A stretch of 64,000 nt of DNA from an uncultured Aliarcobacter sp. (GCA_963677435.1 OY781945.1:2432001-2496000); one strand, 5' to 3'; counted from the first letter of the stretch, positions 10,708 through 20,321 are shown. Numbers and translations are program-made. The notes: generated from the sequence alone by a model not told the origin.

Positions 10708-11751
10708 TTATTTTCCTTTACTTGCTTGTATTTTATTAACATAATCATAAGTAATTGGAACATGTTTTTTTGAGGGAAGTGTAGTTGCAACATCGTGAAA
10801 TAATGATGCAAAATCTTCAAACAAATAATTTGCCATAGATCCAGGAATTGAATTTATTTCATTTAAATAAACGGTATCATTTACAACAAAAAAATCACAT
10901 CTAATGATTGAACCTTCAAATAAATTATTATAAAGTCTTCTAAATGCTTCTTTTATCTCTTCATTTAATTTTTCACCTAAATCAACTTCTAAAGCTTTTG
11001 AAGTTCTTGAAAAGTCTAAATATTTTTTATCAAAATCTAAAAATTCAGCTTTTTGTGGCTCTTCAATAATAGAAAATCTAAATTCACCATTTACTTTTGT
11101 TCCTGCTAAGTTGTACTCTTTTACTCCACTTATAAATGGCTCAATAATTACAGCATTATCAAACTCATAAGCCACATCAAGTGCATAGTCTAACTCTTCT
11201 TGTGTTTTTACAATAGAAACACCAATTGAACTTCCAAGTTTAACTGGTTTTAAAATTGCTGGAAAACTATCAACAACAACTTTGTCACCTTTTGTAAAAT
11301 ATTTATAATCTAAAGTATTAACTCCAACACTTGAAGCATAACCTTTTGTTAAAAATTTATTTGAACTTACAACACAAGCTTCAGTTCTTGGAGCTAAAAA
11401 AGGAATATTATAAAAATCTAAAACAGACGATATTATTCCATCTTCACCATCACCACCATGAGAAAGATTTAAAACTACATCATAATCAATACTTTGTTCT
11501 TTTGAAAAAAGTCCACCTTTTTTATAAAAGCCACCTTTTTGAAAATAAACCTTATCAAATTTTTTGTATTCACCTGAACTAAACAGTTTTGACTTAATAA
11601 TATTAGTTGGAATAAGGTACAAATCTCTTGATGCATCTAAAAACAGATAAATTAACTCATCTTTTAAAACATCTTTCATAGCAATTGAACTTACTATTGA
11701 GATTTCATGTTCAAAACTTACTCCGCCAAAAACTATAGCTATTTTCATCAA
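10708..11751 (-). CDS. ddl: D-alanine--D-alanine ligase
   Basis: FGGVSFEHEIS, HGGDGEDG, GSSIG, NEINSIPG. Confidence 0.96.
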   Translation of the reverse strand: MMKIAIVFGGVSFEHEISIVSSIAMKDVLKDELIYLFLDASRDLYLIPTNIIKSKLFSSGEYKKFDKVYFQKGGFYKKGGLFSKEQSIDYDVVLNLSHGGDGEDGIISSVLDFYNIPFLAPRTEACVVSSNKFLTKGYASSVGVNTLDYKYFTKGDKVVVDSFPAILKPVKLGSSIGVSIVKTQEELDYALDVAYEFDNAVIIEPFISGVKEYNLAGTKVNGEFRFSIIEEPQKAEFLDFDKKYLDFSRTSKALEVDLGEKLNEEIKEAFRRLYNNLFEGSIIRCDFFVVNDTVYLNEINSIPGSMANYLFEDFASLFHDVATTLPSKKHVPITYDYVNKIQASKGK

Positions 11752-11773
11752 ATTCCTTTTTTATAAATATATT

Positions 11774-12337
11774 TTATTTTTGTAATTTTTTAAGTGCTTC
11801 TTTTACTAAATCACTTGTATTTCCACTCACACAAGTTTTTAATACTTTAGAAACTAAATCTTTTTTGAATCCTAATGATTCAAGTGCAAGTGCAGCTTCA
11901 AAAGCAGAAGAAAGAGCGCTATTATCACTTCCATCATGGGAATCAACAATAAAGCCTGAAAGTTCAACTAATATTCTACTTGCACCTTTTGGTCCAAGGC
12001 CAGGAACTCTTTTTAGCATTGTAACATCATTTTCACTTACTATTTGTGCAAAAGAAGTTGGAGTAAATGTTGAACAAATTGCAAGGGCAACTTTGGGTCC
12101 TACTCCATTTATTTTAATTACTGTGTCAAAAAGTTTTTTCTCATTTACATCTAAAAAACCATATAATGACTGAGAATCTTCTCTTATTATATGTGTAATT
12201 TCTAGTTTAACATCATCAGAAATAATTTTTGAACTACAATTTAATGAAACAAAAACTTCATAAATTATTCCACTAACATTTACATTTAATAATGTTGGCT
12301 CTTTTTTTGTTATTTTACCTATAAGTCCCACTATCAT
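11774..12337 (-). CDS. ruvA: Holliday junction branch migration protein RuvA
   Basis: [26 protein letters not shown] (HhH motifs). Confidence 0.97.
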   Translation of the reverse strand: MIVGLIGKITKKEPTLLNVNVSGIIYEVFVSLNCSSKIISDDVKLEITHIIREDSQSLYGFLDVNEKKLFDTVIKINGVGPKVALAICSTFTPTSFAQIVSENDVTMLKRVPGLGPKGASRILVELSGFIVDSHDGSDNSALSSAFEAALALESLGFKKDLVSKVLKTCVSGNTSDLVKEALKKLQK

Positions 12338-12440
12338 TATTTTACTCTTTATTTTAATAAAATGTTCAATTTAATATTCAATTAATATTTAATATATAAA
12401 CTTCATTATATAATAATTACACTTAAACAAAAAGGCTGGT

Positions 12441-14630
12441 TTGATGATTGAATTAATAACAAAAAAAATAAGCAATAAGATTATTGTTGCTTTATTTATT
12501 TTAATGTCACTAAGTAGTATTACCGTAGTATATTTCACAACATCAAAAGTCACAAAAGATTCCATTGAGAAAACTAAAGAGAATTTAGAAATGTTAAATT
12601 CTGCGATGTTCCAAAGTCTTCGAAATGCAATGAATACAGGTGATCCAGTTCAAATAGTAAAAGCAGAAGATGATGCTAGAACAATTAAAGGTGTAAAAAA
12701 CTTAACTGTTGCAAGAGGAAAATCTTTGCTGGAATTATATCCATCAGAGAAAACATATTCAACAGATAAAGATGTACTAAAAACATTTGAGACAAAAAAG
12801 CCTTTACTCTTACAAACAAAAGATGAGAATGGTCATCTTTTAAGAATGGTAAAACCAATGGTTGCATCACAAGAGTGTTTAATGTGTCATGCAAATCAGC
12901 AAGAAGGTGATGTTATTGGTGTTATGGATTTAACTTTTTCATTAGATGAAGCAGATACAAAAATAAAAGCATTAATTACAGAAATTTCAATTATTTCTGC
13001 AATATTAGCTTTGGTAACTATTGGATTAATTTTCTTTATTGTAAGAAGAGCAACAAATCCTATTGGCAAACTAAAAAATGGATTTGAAAATCTATTACAT
13101 TCAAATGACACAAACATATCACTAGCAGTTGAATCAAAAGATGAAATAGGTGAAGTAGCAAGTTTATTTAATGCATACATGGATAAAGTAAGAGCTGGAT
13201 TAAAACAAGATGAAAAAGTTATAGAAGAAGCAAGTGATATTTTAGAAAAAACTGCAAATGGATTTTTTGTTTATAAGGTAAATGGAACTGCTTCAAATCC
13301 CCATGTTGAGGATTTAAAAAATAGATTAAATGCTATGATTTTAAGTACAAAAGAGACTTTAGATAAAATAAATGAAACACTAAGATATTATTCTGAATCA
13401 AAATATGATTTTAAAATGGATGATGATGGTATTTATGGAAATCTAGGTTCATTAACAGCTGGAATTAAACTTGTAGGAAATAATACATCTGAAATATTAG
13501 CAATGGTTATGAATACTGGAAATTCTTTAAATGAAAGTACGCAGACTCTTTCTAGTGCCTCAAATCACTTATCAACATCTTCTAATCAACAAGCATCATC
13601 CCTTGAAGAAACTGCAGCTGCATTAGAAGAAATTACATCTACAATTCAAGCAAATACACAAGCTACAATTAAGATGACTCAACTAGCGCAAAATGTTACA
13701 ACTTCAGCAAAAAATGGACAAGATTTAGCAAATAAAACTGCTACTTCAATGGATGAAATAAATAAAGAAGTAAGTTCAATTAATGTTGCAATTGAAGTTA
13801 TTGATCAGATTGCGTTTCAAACAAATATTCTTTCTTTAAATGCAGCCGTAGAAGCTGCAACTGCAGGAGAAGCAGGAAAAGGATTTGCTGTTGTTGCAGC
13901 AGAAGTGCGAAATCTTGCAAATAGAAGTGCTGATGCAGCTCGTGAGATTAAACATATCGTTGAATTAGCTAGAATGAAAGCAAAAGAAGGTAAAAATATA
14001 TCTGATGATATGATTGAAGGGTATAAAGAATTAAATGAAAATATCTCAAATACAATCTTAACAATAAATGAAGTAGCAATTGCTTCAAAAGAGCAAGAAA
14101 AAGGTATAGTTCAAATTAATGATGCAATAAATATGTTAGATCAAGCTACACAAAAAAATGCACAAGTTGCCGATCAAATTTCTGTAATGGCTTCAAATAT
14201 TGCATCTATGTCAAATTCATTAGTAACAGCAGCATCAAGAGCTTCATTTTTAGAAGATTCCTTAGATAAGGTTTGTGATGTGGACTTAGTATATGATACA
14301 GCTTTATTAAAAGTTGATTTATTAAATACAAAAGATAAAGTTTATGCTAAATTAGGTGATTATAAACCATTTAAAGTTGATCAAAACAATGGTCTAACAA
14401 AATGGTGTGAAAATCATATAAACTCAGGCAAAAAAGTTGATATGGAAATAATGAAAAACATTGAGACTTTAAATAAAAACTTCCATGATAAACTTCAAAT
14501 CTTGGTAAATTCAAATTCTAATAAAGAGTCAAATGATACTTTAAATAAAAATGCAAAAGAAGTTGAAACTGATGCTTTAAAAATATTTGGAAATTTAAAT
14601 AATGTAAAAAAGGAAGCTTGTAAAAAATAA
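12441..14630 (+). CDS. Methyl-accepting chemotaxis protein with periplasmic c-type heme motif
   Basis: Two TM segments, CLMCH, HAMP (DEIGEVA..FN), signalling hairpin [32 protein letters not shown]. Confidence 0.95.
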   Translation: MMIELITKKISNKIIVALFILMSLSSITVVYFTTSKVTKDSIEKTKENLEMLNSAMFQSLRNAMNTGDPVQIVKAEDDARTIKGVKNLTVARGKSLLELYPSEKTYSTDKDVLKTFETKKPLLLQTKDENGHLLRMVKPMVASQECLMCHANQQEGDVIGVMDLTFSLDEADTKIKALITEISIISAILALVTIGLIFFIVRRATNPIGKLKNGFENLLHSNDTNISLAVESKDEIGEVASLFNAYMDKVRAGLKQDEKVIEEASDILEKTANGFFVYKVNGTASNPHVEDLKNRLNAMILSTKETLDKINETLRYYSESKYDFKMDDDGIYGNLGSLTAGIKLVGNNTSEILAMVMNTGNSLNESTQTLSSASNHLSTSSNQQASSLEETAAALEEITSTIQANTQATIKMTQLAQNVTTSAKNGQDLANKTATSMDEINKEVSSINVAIEVIDQIAFQTNILSLNAAVEAATAGEAGKGFAVVAAEVRNLANRSADAAREIKHIVELARMKAKEGKNISDDMIEGYKELNENISNTILTINEVAIASKEQEKGIVQINDAINMLDQATQKNAQVADQISVMASNIASMSNSLVTAASRASFLEDSLDKVCDVDLVYDTALLKVDLLNTKDKVYAKLGDYKPFKVDQNNGLTKWCENHINSGKKVDMEIMKNIETLNKNFHDKLQILVNSNSNKESNDTLNKNAKEVETDALKIFGNLNNVKKEACKK

Positions 14631-14634
14631 AAGG

Positions 14635-14659
14635 ATAAAAGAAGATAAACTTCTTTTAT
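14635..14659. terminator. Bidirectional intrinsic terminator between convergent genes
   Basis: ATAAAAGAAG-ATAAA-CTTCTTTTAT. Confidence 0.65.
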
Positions 14660-14660
14660 T

Positions 14661-15014
14661 CTAAGCTTGCATTTGTTTAATTAAGGCTTCTAATTCATCA
14701 TCTGAAAGAGTTTCATCTGATGAGTCAATATTCTTTGCGCTTGGTGCAATATTATATTGAGTTTTATCTATATCATTTTTCTCACAAACAAAATTCACAA
14801 CTCTTTCAATCTTTTGTCTATGTAAATCTTGATGTTGTAATAGACCAAAAATATCAGAAATTTTACTAACAATTTTGTCTTTTTTATGGGAAGTAATTTC
14901 TAAGTCATTTATAACTTGTTCTAAAGATTCTGCGTTGTCATAAATTAATTGGGCATTAATCTCTGACTCTTTTATTACTTCACATAATTGGGCTATCAAC
15001 TCTTCATATGTCAT
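14661..15014 (-). CDS. CheZ-like chemotaxis phosphatase (short)
   Basis: LQHQDLHRQKIERV (DxxxQ catalytic motif) and C-terminal SDDELEALI helix. Confidence 0.75.
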   Translation of the reverse strand: MTYEELIAQLCEVIKESEINAQLIYDNAESLEQVINDLEITSHKKDKIVSKISDIFGLLQHQDLHRQKIERVVNFVCEKNDIDKTQYNIAPSAKNIDSSDETLSDDELEALIKQMQA

Positions 15015-15088
15015 AAATTTCCTTTATTTTAAATATTAAAGTTAGTGTAACTTACTTTAACTTAATAGATTTTATATTTATTTAATAA

Positions 15089-16153
15089 TTAATGAATAAT
15101 TTCAGCAATTACTTCTGTTGCATAACAGCCCTTTGGTAGATAAAATTGTAATTCCATCCAGTTTTTTTCTTCTTTATAATTACTTGAAATATCTTCAGGG
15201 AAAATCCAAGCGAATCTTCGTGCTCCATCTTCACCAGTTTTTTCTTCAAACTCTTTTTCAATTTCATAAGCTAAATCAACTGAATTTTTCACCCTATTTC
15301 CACTTAAAAGTCCTGTTGGAACTCTATCTCTTTCATTGAATTTTTGCGATTCTTCTTCTAAATTTTCAATAGTAAAGATCTTTCCAAATGGATAATGAGA
15401 AAGTAAATCCCCAGTCATTAATTTAAATGGATGTTTTTGTTTTTTCATTTGTTTTACAACATCAAGGGGTAAATTCAATTTTTGATAAATCTCTTTTGGC
15501 TCAAAAGCTTCAATTAATTTTGATATTTCTATTCTTTTTGAAAGCCAAGAGTTAAAAAGATAACTTTGATAAGCATTGATATACATTTGCTTTAAATTTC
15601 TTCTTTTCTCTTTTAGTTTTCCATCAATAATATCTTTACCTTTTTTATAATTATCCCCATCAATTCCAAATCTTTGAAAACCAAAATAGTTAGGAATTCC
15701 ATGAGTTACAATTGAACCCAAAGCTTCTTCAATTTTTCTTTTTTCAATAGAACCTACTCTTTTTAGTCTAATAAAAAATTTATTACCTTTTAAGTGCCCT
15801 ACTTTTATTTTGTTATTATGATAAGTTGTTTCAAGGATTTTTAAATTATCATTTTGGAAAGATTTTAAAGCCTCTTCATATTTTCTATGAACTGAAATTG
15901 ATTGAACTGTCATTGCATTTTTATCTTTTAATCCAGCATATCCAAACTCTCTACTACTACAATTTAAATATTTTGCTAACATCTCAATAGCATCCCAAGT
16001 TGCTAAATCTTTTTTTCTAATTTTTAAAACTAGATGTTCACCCTCTCCTGAGAATTCATATAAAGGAATTTCCGTAACCACGAAATCATCTTTGTTTTGT
16101 TTAAAAACCACATCAATTTTTGAGTGATTTAAATATCTTTGTAATTGTTCCAA
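15089..16153 (-). CDS. truD: tRNA pseudouridine(13) synthase
   Basis: DFVVTE, GEGEH, YAGLKDKNAMTVQ, NYFGFQRFG, LPKGCYAT. Confidence 0.96.
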   Translation of the reverse strand: MEQLQRYLNHSKIDVVFKQNKDDFVVTEIPLYEFSGEGEHLVLKIRKKDLATWDAIEMLAKYLNCSSREFGYAGLKDKNAMTVQSISVHRKYEEALKSFQNDNLKILETTYHNNKIKVGHLKGNKFFIRLKRVGSIEKRKIEEALGSIVTHGIPNYFGFQRFGIDGDNYKKGKDIIDGKLKEKRRNLKQMYINAYQSYLFNSWLSKRIEISKLIEAFEPKEIYQKLNLPLDVVKQMKKQKHPFKLMTGDLLSHYPFGKIFTIENLEEESQKFNERDRVPTGLLSGNRVKNSVDLAYEIEKEFEEKTGEDGARRFAWIFPEDISSNYKEEKNWMELQFYLPKGCYATEVIAEIIH

Positions 16154-16158
16154 TATTT

Positions 16159-16190
16159 TTCCTTTAAATTAAGTTCCTAATTTAAAGGAA
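16159..16190 (-). promoter_or_regulatory. 13 bp perfect hairpin covering the truD Shine-Dalgarno sequence
   Basis: TTCCTTTAAATTA-AGTTCC-TAATTTAAAGGAA; minus-strand AAGGAA at 16164-16159 lies in the 3' arm, 5 nt before the TTG start. Confidence 0.5.
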
Positions 16191-16257
16191 CCGATATTTT
16201 TTAACTACTTTTTAACACAATTTATAAAAAATTGTTAAAAGTAGCAAAACTCTAAAG

Positions 16258-16275
16258 AGAACAACGAATTGTTCT
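16258..16275 (-). terminator. Terminator-like hairpin after thiL
   Basis: Minus-strand RNA AGAACAA-UUCG-UUGUUCU followed by CUUU. Confidence 0.45.
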
Positions 16276-16288
16276 TTTTACCTAATGA

Positions 16289-17110
16289 CTAAAAATGATG
16301 ATTTTTACAAGCAGTTCTATATTTACCTTTTATTGCTTTTGCAAATATGTTTAATTCTACTTTGTGTTTTTTTGCTATTTTACTTATTTTGTCTAAATTC
16401 TTTTCATCAAAAGAAAAAAGAATCTCATACTCTTCACCAGAACTTCCAATACTGTCATCAATTTCATTAAAAAATTCAAAACCAACATTACTTGCTTTTG
16501 ATAACTTTTCTAATTCAAAAAACAGTCCATCAGAAATATCCATTGAAGCTGTAATAAAAGGTGCTATTTCATAAAAAAAATATGGTTTTAGCTTTGGTTT
16601 TATAAATTTTGATTTTTTAGATATCTCTTTATTTTGAAATAAACTTTCTAAATTCTCTTTACAAGAACCTAAAGTCCCTGTATAACAAAGCAAATCATTT
16701 TTTTTAACTCCAGATCTTAAAACTGGATTTGAAGTTTTTGAAATAATTGTAATTGAAATATCAAGCTTTTCGTTTGATATTGTATCTCCACCAATAATTT
16801 GTATTCCAAATTTACGAGCCGCTTTTTTAAAACCTTTTGATAACTCTTTTAAATCTTCATTTGTATATGATTTTGGAATAGCAACACTTAGAAGTGCATA
16901 TAAAGGAATTGCGTTCATCACAATTGCATCCGAAATATTTACAATCATTGATTTATAGGCAATTTGTTTTAAACTCATCCACTCTTTTTTGAAATGTACA
17001 TTCTCAAAAAAAGCATCCATTGAGTAAACAAATCCATCAATAAAAGCACCATCATCACCAATAATTTTGTTATTTGAAAATTGTTTTATAAAATATTCTT
17101 CTTTATTCAT
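16289..17110 (-). CDS. thiL: Thiamine-monophosphate kinase
   Basis: IGDDGA, VHF, NISD..MNA, GGDT, MDISDGL, GEEYEILF; ATG at 17110 preferred over the track's 17116. Confidence 0.93.
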   Translation of the reverse strand: MNKEEYFIKQFSNNKIIGDDGAFIDGFVYSMDAFFENVHFKKEWMSLKQIAYKSMIVNISDAIVMNAIPLYALLSVAIPKSYTNEDLKELSKGFKKAARKFGIQIIGGDTISNEKLDISITIISKTSNPVLRSGVKKNDLLCYTGTLGSCKENLESLFQNKEISKKSKFIKPKLKPYFFYEIAPFITASMDISDGLFFELEKLSKASNVGFEFFNEIDDSIGSSGEEYEILFSFDEKNLDKISKIAKKHKVELNIFAKAIKGKYRTACKNHHF

Positions 17111-17253
17111 GCGCAATTATATCAAAGATGTGCAAAATATACACGAACTTTTAGAGTTTTTAAATAATTTACAAAGTGGATAAATAATATCCTATTTATT
17201 TTAAATTAATTAGTGTATAATATTTGCTTAAATAATTTTATTAGGAGACAAAT

Positions 17254-17640
17254 ATGCCAAAAATTAACAAATATGTTGATATTGATACTGTAGAAAGAGA
17301 AGCAAAAAAAGATTTAATTGATAGACACAGTCCATTTATTCACTGTGCTGCAACTGCAAAAGCAGGTGAGCCATTTGAAGTAACTGTAAAAATGGGTAAC
17401 GAATATACTCATCCAGATGATTTCGATCATTATATTGAGTCTGTAACACTATTTAATGGTGATACACAATTAGCAAAAGCTTCTTATGTTCCAGGAACAT
17501 TAGGAAATGTTAAAGCTCATAATACAACTACATTTACAATTATTCCAACTGGTAAAAAATTAACTTTAGTAGCTCACGGTTACTGTACAAAACATGGTAT
17601 CTGGGAAGGTACACCAGTAGAAGTATCTGTAGCTGAATAA
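17254..17640 (+). CDS. 1Fe superoxide reductase-like protein (neelaredoxin/desulfoferrodoxin Fe domain)
   Basis: Iron ligand pattern H(SP)...HP....H.I...CTKHG.W; AGGAG RBS. Confidence 0.85.
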   Translation: MPKINKYVDIDTVEREAKKDLIDRHSPFIHCAATAKAGEPFEVTVKMGNEYTHPDDFDHYIESVTLFNGDTQLAKASYVPGTLGNVKAHNTTTFTIIPTGKKLTLVAHGYCTKHGIWEGTPVEVSVAE

Positions 17641-17661
17641 GCTCTAAGCCCTACTGTATCG

Positions 17662-17696
17662 AAAAGGCAAGAGGTTTTTATCTCTTGCCTTTTTTT
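17662..17696 (+). terminator. Intrinsic terminator
   Basis: AAAAGGCAAGAG-loop-CTCTTGCCTTTT then T run. Confidence 0.85.
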
Positions 17697-17848
17697 ATGT
17701 TATATACTCATTTGTAAACAAATTTCAAATAAAACTATAATTTCTAAATCTTATCACCTTAAATAATTAATTTTAAATATCATACTAATTAACAAATATT
17801 TAACATCTTTTAATTATAATCTTAAAATATTAATTATAAGGAAAGATT

Positions 17849-18946
17849 ATGAAAAATATTTCAATGACACTTATGTTTTTATTTGTATTAATTTTTACAA
17901 ATTTAAATGCAAGTGAAATGTTTCAAACTGTAAAAGCAAAAGATGCAACTTTAGTTAAGACTAATTCTTCAAAAGAGTTTTGCGATGTTTGTGGTATGCC
18001 TTTAACAAAATTCTATAAAACAAACCATGTTACGGAGTTTAAAAATGGTCATAAAGAGCAGTATTGTTCTCTTCATTGTCAAGCACAGATTCATGAAGAT
18101 TATCATGACAAAATAAAAAATATCCAAGTTGTAGATACTAACTCATTAAAATTAATTGATGCAGCAAAAGCTTTTTATGTTGTTGGAAGTTCAAAACCAG
18201 GAACCATGAGTCCTGTTAGTAAATATGCATTTTCTTCAAAAGAAGCAGCTGTTAAATTTCAAAAAGAGTTTGGTGGTGAGATTCACTCTTTTGATGAGAG
18301 TTTAAAAATTTCAAAAGAAGGATTAGATAAAGATAATAAGAAATTAGAAGAAAAAAGAATTCCTATGGCAAAAAAAGGGAAAAAGATATTTGATTCTTTA
18401 TGTAATAAAGAAGAATTAAAAGAGTTTAATTCTATTGGAGAAGCAAAACAATATTTAATTGATAATAATATTTGCAAAAATTTAGATTCTCAAATGTTAC
18501 AAGCTGTATCAATTTATTTATATGACCCAATGTTAGCCGTTGACAAATCAAAAATGATGAAAGTACCAGAAGATGCAAAGTGTCCAGTATGTGGAATGTT
18601 TGTTTCAAAATTTCCAAAATGGGTAGCTCAAATTCAATTAAAAGATGGACATACTCACTATTTTGATGGAGTAAGAGATATGATGAAATTCTATTTTAAT
18701 CCATCAAAATATGAACATACTCACACAAAAGATGATATTTCTCAAATCAATGCAACTGATTATTATACTCTTGAATTAATTGATGCTAAAAAAGCTTATT
18801 ATGTAATTGGTTCAAATATTTATGGCCCAATGGGTGAAGAATTAATCCCTTTTAAAAATAAAGATGAAGCACAAAAATTTATGGTGGATCACTTTGGTAA
18901 AAGTCTTGTAAGTTTTGAGGAAATAAAAGAAGAGATGTTAAAATAA
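17849..18946 (+). CDS. NosL-family metal-binding protein with two NosL domains
   Basis: Signal peptide; CDVCGM and CPVCGM; repeated LIDA.KA.YV.GS, GTMSP / GPMG, A.KF...FG. Confidence 0.85.
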   Translation: MKNISMTLMFLFVLIFTNLNASEMFQTVKAKDATLVKTNSSKEFCDVCGMPLTKFYKTNHVTEFKNGHKEQYCSLHCQAQIHEDYHDKIKNIQVVDTNSLKLIDAAKAFYVVGSSKPGTMSPVSKYAFSSKEAAVKFQKEFGGEIHSFDESLKISKEGLDKDNKKLEEKRIPMAKKGKKIFDSLCNKEELKEFNSIGEAKQYLIDNNICKNLDSQMLQAVSIYLYDPMLAVDKSKMMKVPEDAKCPVCGMFVSKFPKWVAQIQLKDGHTHYFDGVRDMMKFYFNPSKYEHTHTKDDISQINATDYYTLELIDAKKAYYVIGSNIYGPMGEELIPFKNKDEAQKFMVDHFGKSLVSFEEIKEEMLK

Positions 18947-18954
18947 GTCTTATT

Positions 18955-18977
18955 ACAATGCGATTTTATCGCATTGT
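18955..18977. terminator. Hairpin between convergent genes
   Basis: ACAATGCGAT-TTT-ATCGCATTGT. Confidence 0.65.
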
Positions 18978-18998
18978 GAATAAATGACAAACTAGAAA

Positions 18999-19316
18999 TT
19001 AGTGATTTTTTATAAAAGAACAACAATAGTCAACTAAACTATGTACTCTTAATTTGAATTTTGAATTAGCTTGAATTTCAAATGATGCTGGTCCTTCGTA
19101 TTTTACCCAATCTTGTGCTGGTAACATAACTTCTAAAACACCTCTTTGAATATCCATAACTTCTTTATGAACCGTATTTAATTCATACTCTCCTGGTAAC
19201 ATAATTCCTAATGTTTTTCTAGAACCATCTTCTAATACAATTGTTCTACTAGTAATATTTCCCTCAAAAAGAATGTTTGCTGCTTTAGCAATAGAAACAT
19301 TATTAAATTCTGCCAT
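18999..19316 (-). CDS. ppnP: Pyrimidine/purine nucleoside phosphorylase (DUF1255)
   Basis: AN..FEGNITSR, KTLGIMLPGEY, F.I.ANSKF, DYCCSF. Confidence 0.88.
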   Translation of the reverse strand: MAEFNNVSIAKAANILFEGNITSRTIVLEDGSRKTLGIMLPGEYELNTVHKEVMDIQRGVLEVMLPAQDWVKYEGPASFEIQANSKFKLRVHSLVDYCCSFIKNH

Positions 19317-19397
19317 TTACTTTCCTTACATAATTATTTAACATATTCTAGCAGAAAAATCATATGATAATATTGAAGCAAAAGAGTAGTTCTTTTT

Positions 19398-19406
19398 TGT
19401 TATAAT
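19398..19406 (+). promoter_or_regulatory. Extended -10 promoter for the acidic-protein/recO unit
   Basis: TG-T-TATAAT 26 nt upstream of the ATG, with an AAGG RBS between. Confidence 0.6.
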
Positions 19407-19432
19407 CCATAAATTTAAAAAAAGGTGTAAAA

Positions 19433-19696
19433 ATGAGTATCCAAAAAGAATTAGAAGATTTAATAAAAAATGAAGTACTTGTTGAAATTGAAGATTATAT
19501 TGATGAGTTATTTGAAATAATCGCTGCAAAAAAAGATGATGACAGTACAAAAGAAGAATTAACTGAAATGCAAGAGATGAAAAAAGATTTTGAAGATATG
19601 TTAGCTGACTTAGAAAAAGGTGAACTTGATGATGAAGAGTGCAAAGAAATCATTGAAGAAATTAATGAAATGTTAAAAGAAGAAGACGAGGACTAA
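19433..19696 (+). CDS. Small highly acidic hypothetical protein
   Basis: 87 aa, 36 Asp/Glu by hand count; good RBS and promoter. Confidence 0.85.
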   Translation: MSIQKELEDLIKNEVLVEIEDYIDELFEIIAAKKDDDSTKEELTEMQEMKKDFEDMLADLEKGELDDEECKEIIEEINEMLKEEDED

Positions 19697-19703
19697 TTTT
19701 TTT

Positions 19704-20318
19704 ATGCAAGGTTATATTATTGATATTAAACCTGTAAAAGATGATGATTTAATTGTATCAATTTTAACAGAACATGAGGTTATGACAACTTACAGATTTT
19801 ATGGAGCTAGACACTCTAATATAAACTTAGGTTATAAAATTGATTTTGAACTTGAGAATACAAGGTCTACAATTCCTAGATTGAAAGATGTGATTCAACT
19901 GGGATTTCCTTGGATTCTTGATAATGAAAAAATGTACTGCTGGCAAAGATATATAAAACTTTTTTACCCTCATTTAAAAGATATAGAAGGAATTGACGCC
20001 TTTTATTTTTACTGTTTAGAAAATCTTGTTCATGTTATGATAAAACAAAATGCGCTAAGAGCCATTTGCGAATCTTATATCTCTTTAATAGAGTATGAAG
20101 GGCGACTACACAGTGATTTAGAGTGCTTAATTTGTGAAAATATTATAAATGATGATGTGTCTCTTGTGAGAGGATTTCTCCCTGTTCATGCAACATGTAC
20201 TCACTCAAAAGCTTTTGAAATAAGTAAAATGAGAGATTTATTTGAAAAGAAGAAAGTGATTAATTTTAATGATGAAGAAGTAGAATACCTTTGGGATATT
20301 CTACTTCAAGGTTTGTAA
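19704..20318 (+). CDS. recO: Recombination protein RecO (epsilonproteobacterial type)
   Basis: MQGYII...DDDLIV.ILT, YRFYGARHS, EGRLH..CLIC...H..C zinc motif. Confidence 0.9.
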   Translation: MQGYIIDIKPVKDDDLIVSILTEHEVMTTYRFYGARHSNINLGYKIDFELENTRSTIPRLKDVIQLGFPWILDNEKMYCWQRYIKLFYPHLKDIEGIDAFYFYCLENLVHVMIKQNALRAICESYISLIEYEGRLHSDLECLICENIINDDVSLVRGFLPVHATCTHSKAFEISKMRDLFEKKKVINFNDEEVEYLWDILLQGL

Positions 20319-20321
20319 GAA

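Noticed and set aside
10708..11751. ddl as a vancomycin-resistance (D-Ala-D-Lac) ligase
   Set aside because: Omega-loop KY is retained, context is housekeeping (ruvA, murF), and no van genes are present
17731..17750. AAAACTATAATTTCTAAATC resembles the difH recombination site as I recall it
   Set aside because: Only partial similarity in very AT-rich DNA, the inverted-repeat symmetry is broken, and no xerH is nearby
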